Below are positions 38,835 to 52,255 of a stretch of DNA of 64,000 nucleotides, piece after piece. The DNA lies in contig OZ240215.1 of the NCBI GenBank assembly GCA_965197585.1, positions 2,656,001-2,720,000 on the forward strand, given 5' to 3'. The notes under the pieces are model-generated. The model was not told where the DNA came from. It saw only the letters and a program-made list of their open reading frames with translations, and did no database searches. The stretch's first letter is position 1. The number at the start of each line of letters is the position of its first letter. A program made the translations under genes and the position numbers. The stretch is from Dehalococcoidia bacterium. GTDB taxonomy: Bacteria; Chloroflexota; Dehalococcoidia; Plut-88900.

Positions 38835-39416
38835 ATGTTAGCCCTGATAGATAACTACGACAGCTTCACCTACAACCTCTACCAATACCTGTGCGAGCTG
38901 GGGCAGGAAGTGGAGGTGGTCCGCAACGACAAGACCACTATCGAGGAAATAACGGGCTGGCAGCCTGAGCGGATCATCGTGTCACCGGGGCCATGCACTC
39001 CCAAAGAGGCTGGTATCTCCGTAGACGTGATCCGGCATTTCGGGCCGCTGCTTCCAGTGCTGGGCGTGTGTCTAGGGCACCAGTGCATCGGGGCGGCGTA
39101 TGGAGGGGTGGTTGGGTATGCGGGGGAGATCATGCACGGCAAGTCGTCGACGATCCATCACGACGGCAAGGGTGTGTACCAGGGACTGCCAAACCCCTTC
39201 GAGGCCATTCGCTACCACTCCCTGGCAATCCAGCAAGAGGATTTCCCCGATTGCCTGGACGTTACCGCTTGGACTGACAATGGGATAATCATGGGGGTGC
39301 GTCACAAGGAATACAGCGTAGAGGGTTTCCAGGCCCACCCGGAGTCGATAATGACGCCCGAGGGCAAGAACCTGCTCAGGAATTTCCTGGGACAGGAAAT
39401 TAAGGTCCCCGCATAA
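38835..39416 (+). CDS. trpG: Anthranilate synthase component II
   Basis: IDNYDSFTYNL, SPGPC, GVCLGHQ, HPES. Confidence 0.95.
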   Translation: MLALIDNYDSFTYNLYQYLCELGQEVEVVRNDKTTIEEITGWQPERIIVSPGPCTPKEAGISVDVIRHFGPLLPVLGVCLGHQCIGAAYGGVVGYAGEIMHGKSSTIHHDGKGVYQGLPNPFEAIRYHSLAIQQEDFPDCLDVTAWTDNGIIMGVRHKEYSVEGFQAHPESIMTPEGKNLLRNFLGQEIKVPA

Positions 39417-39420
39417 GCTG

Positions 39421-40434
39421 ATGATTAGAGAAGCCATCGAGAAGCTAATAAGGGGCGCGGACCTCACTCAGGAAGAGGCTGCCCAGGTCATGGAAGAAAT
39501 CATGACCGGAGAGGCCACCCCGGCCCAGTTCGGGGCCTTTGTTATTGGGCTTAGGCTGAAGGGCGAAACTGTGGACGAGATGACGGGCCTCGCAGCGGTG
39601 ATGCGGGACAAGTCGCTTAAGGTCGACTTCAGCGGTCCGTCCGTCGACACCTGTGGAACGGGCGGCGACGACTTGGGCACGTTCAACATCTCCACGGTGG
39701 CGGCATTTGTGGTCGCCGGGGCGGGGATCGCCGTAGCCAAGCACGGGAACCGGGCCATGACTTCCAAGAGCGGCAGCGCTGACGTGCTTGAGAGGCAGGG
39801 GGTCAAGATAGACTTGGGGCCGGAGGGGGTGAAGCGGTGCATGGAGGAGGTGGGAATCGGTTTCATGTTCGCGCCCCGCTTTCATCCCGCTATGAAGTTC
39901 GCCGTACAGCCGAGGAGGGAGATCGGGGTCAGGACAGTGTTTAACATCCTGGGACCGTTGACCAATCCCGCAGGGGCGCAAGCGCAGGTGCTGGGCGTGC
40001 CCACAGACTCGGTGGGAGAGATGATGGTGCAGGTGCTGCAAAGACTGGGCTCGGAGCGGGCTATTGTGGTGCACGCCGAGGACGGGTTGGACGAGATTTC
40101 CCTGAACAGCAACACGAGCGTTTGGGAACTCAGGGACAGGTCGATTAAACACTACAAGATCGGGCCGGACGACCTGGGCCTTGCGCCAGCGTCGCTTCAG
40201 TCGTTGGCTGGGGGATCGGTAGAGGAGAACGCTGACACGATGATGGAAGTTCTGAAGGGGTCGTCGGGGCCGCGGAGGGATGTGGTAGTTGCAAACGCCG
40301 CCGGGGGAATTGTTGCTGGGGGAAAGGCGGCCGACCTCCGGGAAGGTGTGCAGGCAGCCCAGGAGTCCATCGACAGCGGTCGGGCTCTGGAGAAGTTGGA
40401 ACTGCTCAGGAAAGTGAGCCAAGGGCTGGAGTAA
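39421..40434 (+). CDS. trpD: Anthranilate phosphoribosyltransferase
   Basis: DTCGTGGD, KHGNR, GSAD, FNILGPLTNP. Confidence 0.97.
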   Translation: MIREAIEKLIRGADLTQEEAAQVMEEIMTGEATPAQFGAFVIGLRLKGETVDEMTGLAAVMRDKSLKVDFSGPSVDTCGTGGDDLGTFNISTVAAFVVAGAGIAVAKHGNRAMTSKSGSADVLERQGVKIDLGPEGVKRCMEEVGIGFMFAPRFHPAMKFAVQPRREIGVRTVFNILGPLTNPAGAQAQVLGVPTDSVGEMMVQVLQRLGSERAIVVHAEDGLDEISLNSNTSVWELRDRSIKHYKIGPDDLGLAPASLQSLAGGSVEENADTMMEVLKGSSGPRRDVVVANAAGGIVAGGKAADLREGVQAAQESIDSGRALEKLELLRKVSQGLE

Positions 40435-40462
40435 GCCGAGGCGGAGAGTAGATAGCAGGGTC

Positions 40463-41284
40463 ATGGGCAAGACAGGAACGATACTCGACAAGATAGTGGC
40501 AGTGAAGCGTCTGGACCTGGAACGGGCCAAGGCTGAGACACCGCGCTCGGCCCTCGAAGCCCAAGTCTCGATGCTGCCCTCTCCTCGGTCCCTGATCGGG
40601 GCATTGCAATCGGAGGGAGTTGCCCTGATTGCCGAGGTTAAGAAGGCCTCTCCGTCCCGCGGGCTTTTGGCCCCGGACTTCGACCCGGTGGCCCTCGCCC
40701 GAACCTACGCGGAAAACGGTACTGCCGCCATATCCGTACTGACAGAGACACCCCACTTTCAGGGTCGGTTGGAATTCTTAAGGGAGATACGGGAGAACTT
40801 GGGCAGTGGCTGTCCTCCCCTTCTTCGAAAAGACTTTATCTTCGATAAGTACCAAGTCTGGGAGGCTCGGGCCTGGGGAGCCGACGCCATACTTCTGATA
40901 GCGTCCATATTGAAAGAAGATGAGATGGGAGACCTGTTGGCAGCGGCACAATGCTTGGGCATGGACGCCCTAGTAGAGGCGCACACGGAAGCCGAGGTGA
41001 AGGATGCGCTTTCGGCGGGAGCGTCCCTTATCGGGATCAACAATCGGGACCTGGCCACATTTGAGGTGGACCTGGATACGACCCGCAAGCTCAGGCCCCT
41101 GGTCCCGGCGGAGAAGGTAGTGGTAGCAGAGAGCGGGATCTTCACGCGGGACGACGTGGCAATGGTTGCAGAGTGGGGTGTGGATGCGGTGCTAGTCGGG
41201 GAGGGGTTGGTGAAGTCGGGGGACGTGGGAGCGAAAGTGAGGGAGTTGGCCGCGGCGCACCTGGAGACAATTCCCCGTGACTAA
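40463..41284 (+). CDS. trpC: Indole-3-glycerol-phosphate synthase
   Basis: IAEVKKASPS.G, LRKDF, GINNRDL, AESGI. Confidence 0.97.
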   Translation: MGKTGTILDKIVAVKRLDLERAKAETPRSALEAQVSMLPSPRSLIGALQSEGVALIAEVKKASPSRGLLAPDFDPVALARTYAENGTAAISVLTETPHFQGRLEFLREIRENLGSGCPPLLRKDFIFDKYQVWEARAWGADAILLIASILKEDEMGDLLAAAQCLGMDALVEAHTEAEVKDALSAGASLIGINNRDLATFEVDLDTTRKLRPLVPAEKVVVAESGIFTRDDVAMVAEWGVDAVLVGEGLVKSGDVGAKVRELAAAHLETIPRD

Positions 41285-41978
41285 GTTCAAAGTATGCGGT
41301 CTCAGACGGGGTGAAGACGGACAGACTGCCATCCGCGAGGGGGCAGGCTTTATAGGGCTGATCTTTGCCCCCAGCAAGAGGCAGCTAACAGCGGAGGATG
41401 CTCGGGAGATCTTGGACATGGCTCGATCCGAACAAACCTCAGCAGACCGGCAACCGGAGGCCGTGGGTGTTTTCGTAAATGCCCCAGCGGACGAGGTCAA
41501 CCGGATAGCCGAATACTGCGGTCTGGACAGGTTGCAACTACACGGGGATGAGAGCCTGGATTACTGCTCGCTCATAGAAAAGCCTATATTGAAAGTAGTG
41601 AGGATCGAGGCCGGGGCGAGGGGGGACGACCTTTTGTCGGCATTGGAGCAGGAGCTTGGGGCAATAGTTGCCGCGGGGCACACGCCGATGCTCGATACCG
41701 TATCCAAGGGGCCGTACTACGGCGGCACGGGCCAGCCATTCGACTGGGTTGTCGCTGCTGAGCTGGCGGAGAAGTTCGACTTTGTGCTGTCCGGAGGGCT
41801 GAACCCCGATAACGTGGCCAAGGCTATCGAGCAGGTGCGACCCTGGGCAGTCGATGTGTCGAGCGGCGTGGAGACGGACGGAGTTAAGGACCCGGAGAAG
41901 ATAAGTGCCTTTGCACGGGCCGTCGTCAATGCCGACAAAGCTCTTACCAGAGGTCGGCCAGTCCCGAAACCAGCATGA
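41277..41978 (+). CDS. trpF: Phosphoribosylanthranilate isomerase
   Basis: KVCGL, QLHGDE, GGTG..FDW, DVSSGVE. Confidence 0.96.
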   Translation: MTKFKVCGLRRGEDGQTAIREGAGFIGLIFAPSKRQLTAEDAREILDMARSEQTSADRQPEAVGVFVNAPADEVNRIAEYCGLDRLQLHGDESLDYCSLIEKPILKVVRIEAGARGDDLLSALEQELGAIVAAGHTPMLDTVSKGPYYGGTGQPFDWVVAAELAEKFDFVLSGGLNPDNVAKAIEQVRPWAVDVSSGVETDGVKDPEKISAFARAVVNADKALTRGRPVPKPA

Positions 41979-43192
41979 CTACTTCCCGCTCCTCTTCAAC
42001 CTACTCCTATCCTGATGAGTCAGGACGCTATGGCGACTTCGGGGGCAAGTTCATCCCCGAGACGCTGATGCCCGCTCTGGATGAGCTGGAAGAAGAGTAC
42101 CGAGCTGCGCGGGCCGACCCCGCCTTCGGGGCCCGGGTAGCCGATCTTTCGGCCAACTACGCGGGCCGCCCGACGGCTCTCTACCTGGCCGAAACCCTCA
42201 CGGAGCGAGCTGGGGGCACGAAGATATACCTGAAGAGGGAAGACCTGGCCCATACCGGCGCGCACAAGATCAACAACGTCCTTGGGCAGGGGCTCCTGGC
42301 ACAGAGGATGGGCAAGCGGCGTATCATCGCAGAGACGGGGGCTGGGCAGCACGGGGTGGCCTCGGCGACCATCTGTGCCATGCTTGGGCTGGAATGTATC
42401 GTTTATATGGGTGAAAAGGACGTGCAACGGCAAGCGCTGAACGTGTTCAGGATGAAGCTGCTGGGAGCGGAGGTGGTGAGCGTCAAGTCGGGGAGCATGA
42501 CGCTGAAGGATGCGATCAACGAGGCGATCCGGGACTGGGTTACCAACGTGCGCACGACCCACTACCTGCTCGGGAGCGTGGTCGGGCCGCACCCGTACCC
42601 GATGATCGTGCGGGACTTCCAGTCGGTGATTGGCAGAGAGGCGCGGCAGCAGATGCTCGACGCCGAGGGTCGGCTGCCGGACTATGCTGTGGCCTGCGTG
42701 GGCGGCGGCAGCAACGCCATGGGGCTGTTCCACCCTTTCATTGGTGATGAGAAAGTACGGTTGGTGGGCGTGGAGGCGGCGGGTGAAGGAATCGAAAGTG
42801 GACATCACGCCTCGTCCCTGGGACATGGGAGACCGGGGGTGCTACACGGGTCGAATTCATACCTGTTGCAGGACGCCCACGGACAGGTGATGGAAGCGCA
42901 CAGCATCTCGGCGGGGCTGGACTATCCGGGGGTCGGGCCTGAGCACAGCCACCTGAAGTCTACGGGCAGGGCAAGCTATGTGTCGGTGACCGACGATCAG
43001 GCCTTGGAGGGATTCCATTTGCTGAGCCGCTCCGAGGGTATAATCCCGGCCTTGGAATCCTCGCACGCGGTGTACCACGCCGTGGAGCTAGCCAAGATGC
43101 TCAGCAAGGACCAAATAGTCCTAGTGAACCTGTCAGGGCGGGGTGACAAGGACATCGATACGGTGGCACAGGCCACGGGGGTGGGGATTTAG
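41975..43192 (+). CDS. trpB: Tryptophan synthase beta chain
   Basis: [33 protein letters not shown]. Confidence 0.98.
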   Translation: MTTSRSSSTYSYPDESGRYGDFGGKFIPETLMPALDELEEEYRAARADPAFGARVADLSANYAGRPTALYLAETLTERAGGTKIYLKREDLAHTGAHKINNVLGQGLLAQRMGKRRIIAETGAGQHGVASATICAMLGLECIVYMGEKDVQRQALNVFRMKLLGAEVVSVKSGSMTLKDAINEAIRDWVTNVRTTHYLLGSVVGPHPYPMIVRDFQSVIGREARQQMLDAEGRLPDYAVACVGGGSNAMGLFHPFIGDEKVRLVGVEAAGEGIESGHHASSLGHGRPGVLHGSNSYLLQDAHGQVMEAHSISAGLDYPGVGPEHSHLKSTGRASYVSVTDDQALEGFHLLSRSEGIIPALESSHAVYHAVELAKMLSKDQIVLVNLSGRGDKDIDTVAQATGVGI

Positions 43193-43216
43193 GGGGACGG
43201 TTTATTGATCTAACAT

Positions 43217-43555
43217 CTAGAGCCGAGTATTTCGTTCAATCTCGGCCTTGGTTGCCCGGTAGCTTGATTCCAAGTTAAGCTAGACTTGGGCTTTCAATCC
43301 GAGGACATTCTCCAAGGCGAGGGTTGATTCTCGGGTTATGGGCGTCTCGCCCGCGATGATGCCGTCGACAATTTCTGCGGCGCATTCGAGACTTGAAGCT
43401 AATTCCGAGGGGGTCATTCTCCGGGCTTCTAGCTCTTCAGCGAGTAATTCTCCGGGGGAATCGCTATATTGGAGCGCAAGCGCACTTTCTTCTCAGTCGC
43501 CATAGTGTCTTGAAACCTCCACTACCCGGACTTCGTTAACCGCCTCTTTTTCGAC
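43217..43555 (-). pseudogene. higA: Decayed HigA antitoxin with the 3' fragment of a HigB-like toxin
   Basis: ATG 43503: AIP(P)GELLAEELEAR.MT..ELA...PIT...LE..LG....*LNL, with a frameshift in the C-run and an internal TAG; upstream remnant VVEVSRHYGD*. Confidence 0.7.
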
Positions 43556-44070
43556 TATTTGTTGAGCACGTAGACATCGCGGAGGTTGCGGTAAGAGCCG
43601 TTGTAGTCCAGACCACCACCTACGACGAAGACGTTGGGGATTTCATATCCGACATAAGTCGCCCCGACATCATGGGTGCGCTGGGAGGGCTTGTCCAGCA
43701 GGGAGCAAATCTTGACTGATAAGGCACCCAAGTCCATTAGCCTTCGCGAAAACAGTTCACAGGTGGCACCACTATCGAGGATGTCCTCGACGATCAGCAC
43801 GTCACGGCCCTCGATCCGGTCTCGCAGAGGCAAAGAGTCCACGATCAACTGCCCGCCCGTGGTCCCGTAGTAACTGCGTATCCGCGCCGTTGTCACGGTC
43901 ACGGATTGGTCAAATGAGCGCATTAAGTCGGCGAGAATGCTTATTGCGCCATCCATCACACCGACAAGCACGAGGTTGGAAAGATCGTAGTCACGGGTAA
44001 TTTCGGCTGAGAGCCGCGTAATTGCCTCGGCGATTTGGGTTTCGGATATCAGGACTTTCCCTAGCTTCAT
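43555..44070 (-). CDS. hpt: Hypoxanthine phosphoribosyltransferase
   Basis: VLIVEDILDSGAT, LLDKP, FVVG.GLDY...RNL. Confidence 0.9.
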   Translation of the reverse strand: MKLGKVLISETQIAEAITRLSAEITRDYDLSNLVLVGVMDGAISILADLMRSFDQSVTVTTARIRSYYGTTGGQLIVDSLPLRDRIEGRDVLIVEDILDSGATCELFSRRLMDLGALSVKICSLLDKPSQRTHDVGATYVGYEIPNVFVVGGGLDYNGSYRNLRDVYVLNK

Positions 44071-44108
44071 TTCTTGCTCCAGGGGCTGCAATGGTGCGGG
44101 ATTGGGCA

Positions 44109-47006
<2,898 letters not shown>

Positions 47007-47122
47007 GGAATGCAGTCACCTAAACTAAGGGGGTCCGGGAGGCCAACGACAATTTTAGCATCGGGGTGGGGGGAGGGGAAAGGGTGGGGGGGTGCTCGGT
47101 TGACTAGAGGCACGCTGGGGTT

Positions 47123-47850
47123 TTATTCAGTTGTGGGGTTTGGGTTTTTGTTCTGTCTGTGTTGGGGGGCGATGGGAGACGCCTGTTGAGCCTGTCGGCC
47201 TCTACGCTCGTGCGGTGTTCCGGCTGTCGGGGGCCTGGAGGTCCGCCGAGGACGGATTGCAGCCAGCCGCGCCCTAGCGCTCGATGGAGGGCTCCGACTG
47301 CCAGGGCAGACAGTCAGGCCTTGACCCCGCCTCTGAATGCCCGCAGGCATGGTGGGGGCCAGTGATCGGGCTGTAGCCCCCTCAGATATCGTATTTGCGT
47401 GGGCCACCCGAGGGTCCAAGCGGCCCAACAGCCCCTTGCTTGATATGGCGTAAGCTCGCAGGCGGGCCAACTTCCGAGAGGGAGTCTCGGCCGGGGATAG
47501 CCGGTCCGCCACCCCTAGCTCGATAAAGCGTAAGCTCGCTGCTAACCGACCTTCGAGACGGGGTCTCGGCGGGGGATGGCCGGTCCACTATGACGCCGTC
47601 CAGGCATCTTCCATCGCCTGACTACCAGGGAAGGGGGCACGGGACCCGATGGGAAAAGGAGATGGCGCCGGTCACTTGTGCCGCGGGCCTGCGCGAAGGC
47701 CGTTGGGATGGGCTTGGACGTTGAGTCCTCGGGGGGTCGGGTGGGCTTCCCTGGGTTTTTGGTTCCTCCTTTAGGTTTAGGGTGAGTTACTAGCTAGTCG
47801 GGGATGAATATAGTACATATGTACAAGTATGGTCAAGGGGTTCGTGTCAC
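47123..47850 (-). ncRNA. Copy B of the dispersed structured non-coding element
   Basis: TTGACC-N18-TATATT with GTACATATGTAC; helix 47168-47185/47601-47618; conserved core ~47627-47771. Confidence 0.6.
47432..47587. repeat. Imperfect 80-bp tandem duplication inside copy B
   Basis: CCCCTWGCTYGATA..GCGTAAGCTCGC...CGAGA.GG.GTCTCGGC.GGGGAT.GCCGGTCC twice. Confidence 0.85.
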
Positions 47851-48016
47851 TTTTTGGGGGGCACCCCACCCATTCCGTTCTTGAGACCCCCTTCGACTCT
47901 GCTCAGGGCGAACGGAATTCACCACCCGTGGGGAGGGGTCCGGCTCGGTGAGGGTGCGTCTTCAGGAGGGATGGGTTCCTGCCTCCGCAGGAATGACGGT
48001 GGGGAGGGGGGTGGGG

Positions 48017-48415
48017 CTACCCTCCCATCTGGGCAATGCGCCGGGCCATCCAGGTGATGTAGGCGGTGCGGGTCATTTTGCGGCGTCGGGCTTCGCTGTC
48101 GATGAAGGCGGCGACGCCATCGTCAAGAGTGAGATTGGCACGGACTTTCCTCCCGGAGATGCGTATAAGGGGCACAGAAACGAGTTGGCAACCCAAGGGC
48201 ACATCAATGGATTCGAAGGGGCTCGGTGGAGCTACTTCCCTACCTCTTTTCTCCATCTCTTCCACCCAGTCCCGCATTGCATCTTCGGCATTTACAATTG
48301 CATCTTCGACCGTGTAGCCCATGGCTGCGCAACCAGGAAGGTCCGGGAAGGCAACTCCGTAGGCGCCTACTTCCCCGTCCATTAGAGCGGGATATCTTAT
48401 GGGATTGGCTTCCAT
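48017..48415 (-). CDS. hicB: HicB-family antitoxin with C-terminal RHH
   Basis: YGVAFPDLPGC..MG.T...A, RANLTLD. Confidence 0.9.
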   Translation of the reverse strand: MEANPIRYPALMDGEVGAYGVAFPDLPGCAAMGYTVEDAIVNAEDAMRDWVEEMEKRGREVAPPSPFESIDVPLGCQLVSVPLIRISGRKVRANLTLDDGVAAFIDSEARRRKMTRTAYITWMARRIAQMGG

Positions 48416-48429
48416 ATCCAATGTTCCTC

Positions 48430-48618
48430 TCAGTTCCAACCAGCGCTCCTTGCGATAGTACGTGCAACGATTGGCGACACGTTGTTGTGGCGCGGCACCG
48501 AAATCAGGGGCAGATAATCGGGATGCTCATAGATGTCATGATTAGAGCCGTGCCGGACAAAATACCAACCTTCCCGCTGCAGTCTCCGTATAATCCGACG
48601 CCTGTTTAGTTCCATCAA
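48430..48618 (-). CDS. hicA: HicA-family toxin
   Basis: L.REGW...HGSNH..YEHP....SVPRH. Confidence 0.88.
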   Translation of the reverse strand: MMELNRRRIIRRLQREGWYFVRHGSNHDIYEHPDYLPLISVPRHNNVSPIVARTIARSAGWN

Positions 48619-48928
48619 GTGCCAATTTTAGCACTTTTTATAAGTGCGGGAAAAGCGTGGCATTGGTTCTGGACGGTAGGTAAGGTCAACAGCAGAATAA
48701 AGAAGGAGCACGCTTGGGCGTCATTGATTGTTTCTGATTGTATTCGTGCCTGTATGATTGAACTTCGCAAGAATTTTCGTGGGGGGCGGGGTGGGGAGGT
48801 TGAGGAGGAGCGGGAAAAGAGGTGCATGGGAATGGGATATTATAGGTGAGGGGTTCGGGGGTGGGTCAATGGGCCGGTGTCACACAGGACAGGGCGTTGC
48901 AGGTTAGACGAAAGACAAGGGGAGAAGC

Positions 48929-50080
48929 ATGAAAAACGGCGTGAAGGTATTCGATGCGGACATGCACATCATGGAGGACCTGAAATTCGTGGAGTATATG
49001 GACCCGGAGTACCGGGACCGAGGCCCAAAAGCCGCCCCGCCCGACGAGAGCTTCCCGGACTTCAGGGCGTCTATGCTGGATGGGAAACCGTTGTCGGGGC
49101 CAGCGCGCATCTATCCCACGCCCGAGATGAGACCGGGGGCAGCGTTGTCCAGACGCTCCTTTACCGAAGGAATGGCTAAATATGTCGAGGGCCGGGCCGA
49201 CGGGTTCGGGCCAAAGTCCCAGCTCGCGGCACTGGAGACTGAAGGGATAGACGTGGCTGCAATGTACCCATCGTCCACGATCCTCAGTTTCCCCACGCCA
49301 AAGACCGACGGGCTCGATCCCAAGCTGTCGGCGGCGATATGCCGGGGATACAACGACTGGCTGACGGACTTCTGCTCGATAGACAGCTCTCGGATGAAGG
49401 GTGTCGCGGCTACGCCGATTCATGACGTTGAGGAGTCGGTGATCGAGATCACTCGGGCGGTGAAAGAGAACTCGATGATTGCGGCTTACATCCGGCCCAA
49501 CGTAATAAACGGCCGCAACCTACACGACGCTTACTACGATCCTCTCTATTCGACCTTGGAAGAGCTGAACGTTCCTCTAGTGGTACACGAGGGAACGGCG
49601 GGCGGGCCGCCGGGCGCCGACCAGCGGTTCCTGGGCAACTGGGTGATGATGCACATGGCCGCACACCCGTTGGAGCAGATGCTGGGCAGCGAGAGCATCG
49701 TGGTCGGGGGAGTGCTGGAGAGGCACCCGAAGCTGAGGGTGGCGTTCCTGGAGTGCGGCTGCAGCTGGCTCGTCTACTGGCTGTGGCGCCTAGACGAGGA
49801 GCTTGAAGCATGGGGTTGGCACGAGGTGCCGTGGCTGAAGAAGAAGCCGAGCGAGTATTTCATGGAGCAATGCTACGTGTCGATGGAGGGAGATGAGCCG
49901 GGGGCCAAGTACTACGTGGAGATGCACGGTAACGACCGGCTGCTATGGGCATCGGACTACCCGCACCCGGACGCAGGATTCCCGAATGCTACGGAGGAGT
50001 TTCTGGGGCTGGACTCGATATCGGAGGAGACGAAGAGGAAGGTGCTGTGGGACAACCCGATGGAGTTTTATGGGTTTTAG
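48929..50080 (+). CDS. Amidohydrolase_2 family protein
   Basis: DADMH, YNDWL, VHEG, FLECG, ASDYPH. Confidence 0.92.
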   Translation: MKNGVKVFDADMHIMEDLKFVEYMDPEYRDRGPKAAPPDESFPDFRASMLDGKPLSGPARIYPTPEMRPGAALSRRSFTEGMAKYVEGRADGFGPKSQLAALETEGIDVAAMYPSSTILSFPTPKTDGLDPKLSAAICRGYNDWLTDFCSIDSSRMKGVAATPIHDVEESVIEITRAVKENSMIAAYIRPNVINGRNLHDAYYDPLYSTLEELNVPLVVHEGTAGGPPGADQRFLGNWVMMHMAAHPLEQMLGSESIVVGGVLERHPKLRVAFLECGCSWLVYWLWRLDEELEAWGWHEVPWLKKKPSEYFMEQCYVSMEGDEPGAKYYVEMHGNDRLLWASDYPHPDAGFPNATEEFLGLDSISEETKRKVLWDNPMEFYGF

Positions 50081-50109
50081 GGGGGGATCTGCAAAGCAGA
50101 TTGGACAGG

Positions 50110-51750
50110 CTACTCAAACAAGACTTTAACGTCTGACCCGTCCCGGTCCATCGTGAAGAGCTGTCCCAGGTTGCCGAAGTCACCTTCGGCGTAAGGGTGT
50201 TCACCTCTCTCTTCTGCTTCTGTTTCTGTGAGGGAGTGGGGGATGTATAGAGCAATCCTGCTGCCGTCTGGCGACCAGGCGACCTCGCCGCTCATGTTGG
50301 AGAGGCGACTGACCCCGCTGCCATCGGCTTTTGCAACCCACACGCCGTGCGAGCTATAGAGTATGTCGGTGCCGTCGGGAGACCAGGCAAGTTTCTTCGC
50401 GGCGCGGAACGTTACATGGTTCGGTAGCCTTTCAAGTCCCGTGCCATCGAATCTCACAGTGTAAATGCCGGAGCCCCTACCTTCCTTGCCCACAAAGGCA
50501 ATCCGGTTCCCGTCGGGAGACCAAGAAGGAGTGGCAAGCGGGACCCAGTCTTGCACCAATATTTCGCCTAAACGGTCCGACCCCGAAATATGGGTCAAGC
50601 CAGATCCGTCAGCCATAACCGTATATAGGGCTGGCACTCCCACCATGCAATCATTCTCTCCACTATCCTCGTTCACGATGAACGCCAACCGGCGACCGTT
50701 AGGCGACCACTGTGGCGCCGACAGTGCGACATTCATATGGATAGGCGTCAGTAACTGGATGTCCGAGCCGTCGGCATTCATTGCGTAGAGATGTCTATCT
50801 CCGCGACATCCCCCTAACTCCTTCTTTTCAGAGATAAACGCAATGCGAGTTCCATCGGGAGACCACGTGGGGAAGTGATCTATCCATTCGTTGTCGGTTA
50901 GGCGTTGCAGATCGCCGCCATCTATTCGCACAGTCGCAATTTCATAATGAGACTTGCGATCGTCGTAGTAGGGGATTTTGATAAGTTCGAATGAATACAT
51001 GGAAAAAGAACGGCGCTCAGCGGCAAACTGGCACGTCGAATATACAATTCGACAACCCTTTGAGGATACATCCCCATGCAGGCCGAAGGGCAGTGCAGGG
51101 TAGCCATATGGCCTATATCCGGGATTGGCATCAGCCACTATTTGCGGTTCGGAGCCTGTGCTGTCCACAGACCAAACAGCTCCGTCATAGCCGAATACAA
51201 TCCTGGAGCCGTCATCGGTCCACTCTACGAAATCCTTTGAGAAACTGGTCAAGTAATGGGTACCATGAGGTATGTCCCCTGCATAGCCTGTATATCCATC
51301 TGGATTAGGCCTGCATGAAGAAAAAGGTGGATTGCCACTAGCGCCCCTGTTTCGTCGCAATGGAGACGGAGTGGGAATTTCAATCACGGTAGAGGATATC
51401 GTCGTGTTGGCCGCAATTGGGGTTGGCAATTGATCCGGATCCACAGTCAATTCGCATGGAGTAGGAGTCATGGGCTCAACTGGAACAGCCGTCGGACTAA
51501 ACGGGGTGGGAGTAGAGACAACAACCGGGGATACTGATGCGGGGGGAGATGAGGCAAGTGCGGGTATGGTTGGGGTTGAAGTCGCCACTATGGCTGATGC
51601 AGAAACGCTTGGAATAGGAGATTCAGACACCGAAGGGGTCGTCGATGCCGCATCCGTACAGGCGATAAGCATTGCGATCATCAACACCGAAAGCAACGAT
51701 AAAGAGCCCTTCCGAATTAAGCGCATATGTTTACTGCTGACTCGAATCAA
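50110..51750 (-). CDS. Lipoprotein with TolB-like/PD40 beta-propeller repeats
   Basis: MLIAC lipobox, S/P/T-rich linker, repeated WSPDG.RIAF. Confidence 0.85.
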   Translation of the reverse strand: MIRVSSKHMRLIRKGSLSLLSVLMIAMLIACTDAASTTPSVSESPIPSVSASAIVATSTPTIPALASSPPASVSPVVVSTPTPFSPTAVPVEPMTPTPCELTVDPDQLPTPIAANTTISSTVIEIPTPSPLRRNRGASGNPPFSSCRPNPDGYTGYAGDIPHGTHYLTSFSKDFVEWTDDGSRIVFGYDGAVWSVDSTGSEPQIVADANPGYRPYGYPALPFGLHGDVSSKGCRIVYSTCQFAAERRSFSMYSFELIKIPYYDDRKSHYEIATVRIDGGDLQRLTDNEWIDHFPTWSPDGTRIAFISEKKELGGCRGDRHLYAMNADGSDIQLLTPIHMNVALSAPQWSPNGRRLAFIVNEDSGENDCMVGVPALYTVMADGSGLTHISGSDRLGEILVQDWVPLATPSWSPDGNRIAFVGKEGRGSGIYTVRFDGTGLERLPNHVTFRAAKKLAWSPDGTDILYSSHGVWVAKADGSGVSRLSNMSGEVAWSPDGSRIALYIPHSLTETEAEERGEHPYAEGDFGNLGQLFTMDRDGSDVKVLFE

Positions 51751-52004
51751 ATTTGGGAGTCGGTTTGAGGGACGATTTCGACGCCGGGGTTGTCTTCCAG
51801 GGCCTGCACCATCTGTGCGGCGAATAGCCTACGGAACTCTCCCATGCTTGCCATAGCGTCAAGGGCCTCGGTTAGCACCATTTGAGTTGTCACTACGTCA
51901 GATGCGCCCCGGGAATCGGCAATCGATAGAGCCTGTTTGTGTAATGAATCCCAGGGATTCGACAATGCGATCCAATAACCCGAATCAGCAAAAGAGATGG
52001 CTAT
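51747..52004 (-). pseudogene. vapC: Truncated VapC/PIN toxin
   Basis: FADSGYWIAL...H..A...VLTE but ends after ~85 aa, lacking the C-terminal acidic motifs. Confidence 0.65.
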
Positions 52005-52255
52005 CAGTCGTCTTCCTTCGGATGGCCGTAGAGATAGTGTCTCTTGTTCTTTGCCAAGTCGGTGGGAAGGTCGTCCCATGCCTCAGATGGAATGTCTTTC
52101 TGGAGGTCTTTGACTCTTTCGACGATGGCAGTCAAGCCTCTGGCGGGCGGCAGGTCCTCTATTGAGACTACGACCTCCTTGCCCTCCTCCAAGTCGAGCG
52201 GCTCCAATGGCGTGAGGACCCCTTTGGAATACCTGGCCTTCACATTCGCAATCAT
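52004..52255 (-). CDS. DUF104/AF2212-like antitoxin
   Basis: VKARY.KGVL.PLEPLDLEEG.EV.V; C-terminal HYLYG.PK. Confidence 0.8.
   Translation of the reverse strand: MIANVKARYSKGVLTPLEPLDLEEGKEVVVSIEDLPPARGLTAIVERVKDLQKDIPSEAWDDLPTDLAKNKRHYLYGHPKEDD

Noticed and set aside
47432-47587. Possible CRISPR array
   Set aside because: Only two diverged 80-bp units, no spacer-length unique segments, no cas genes
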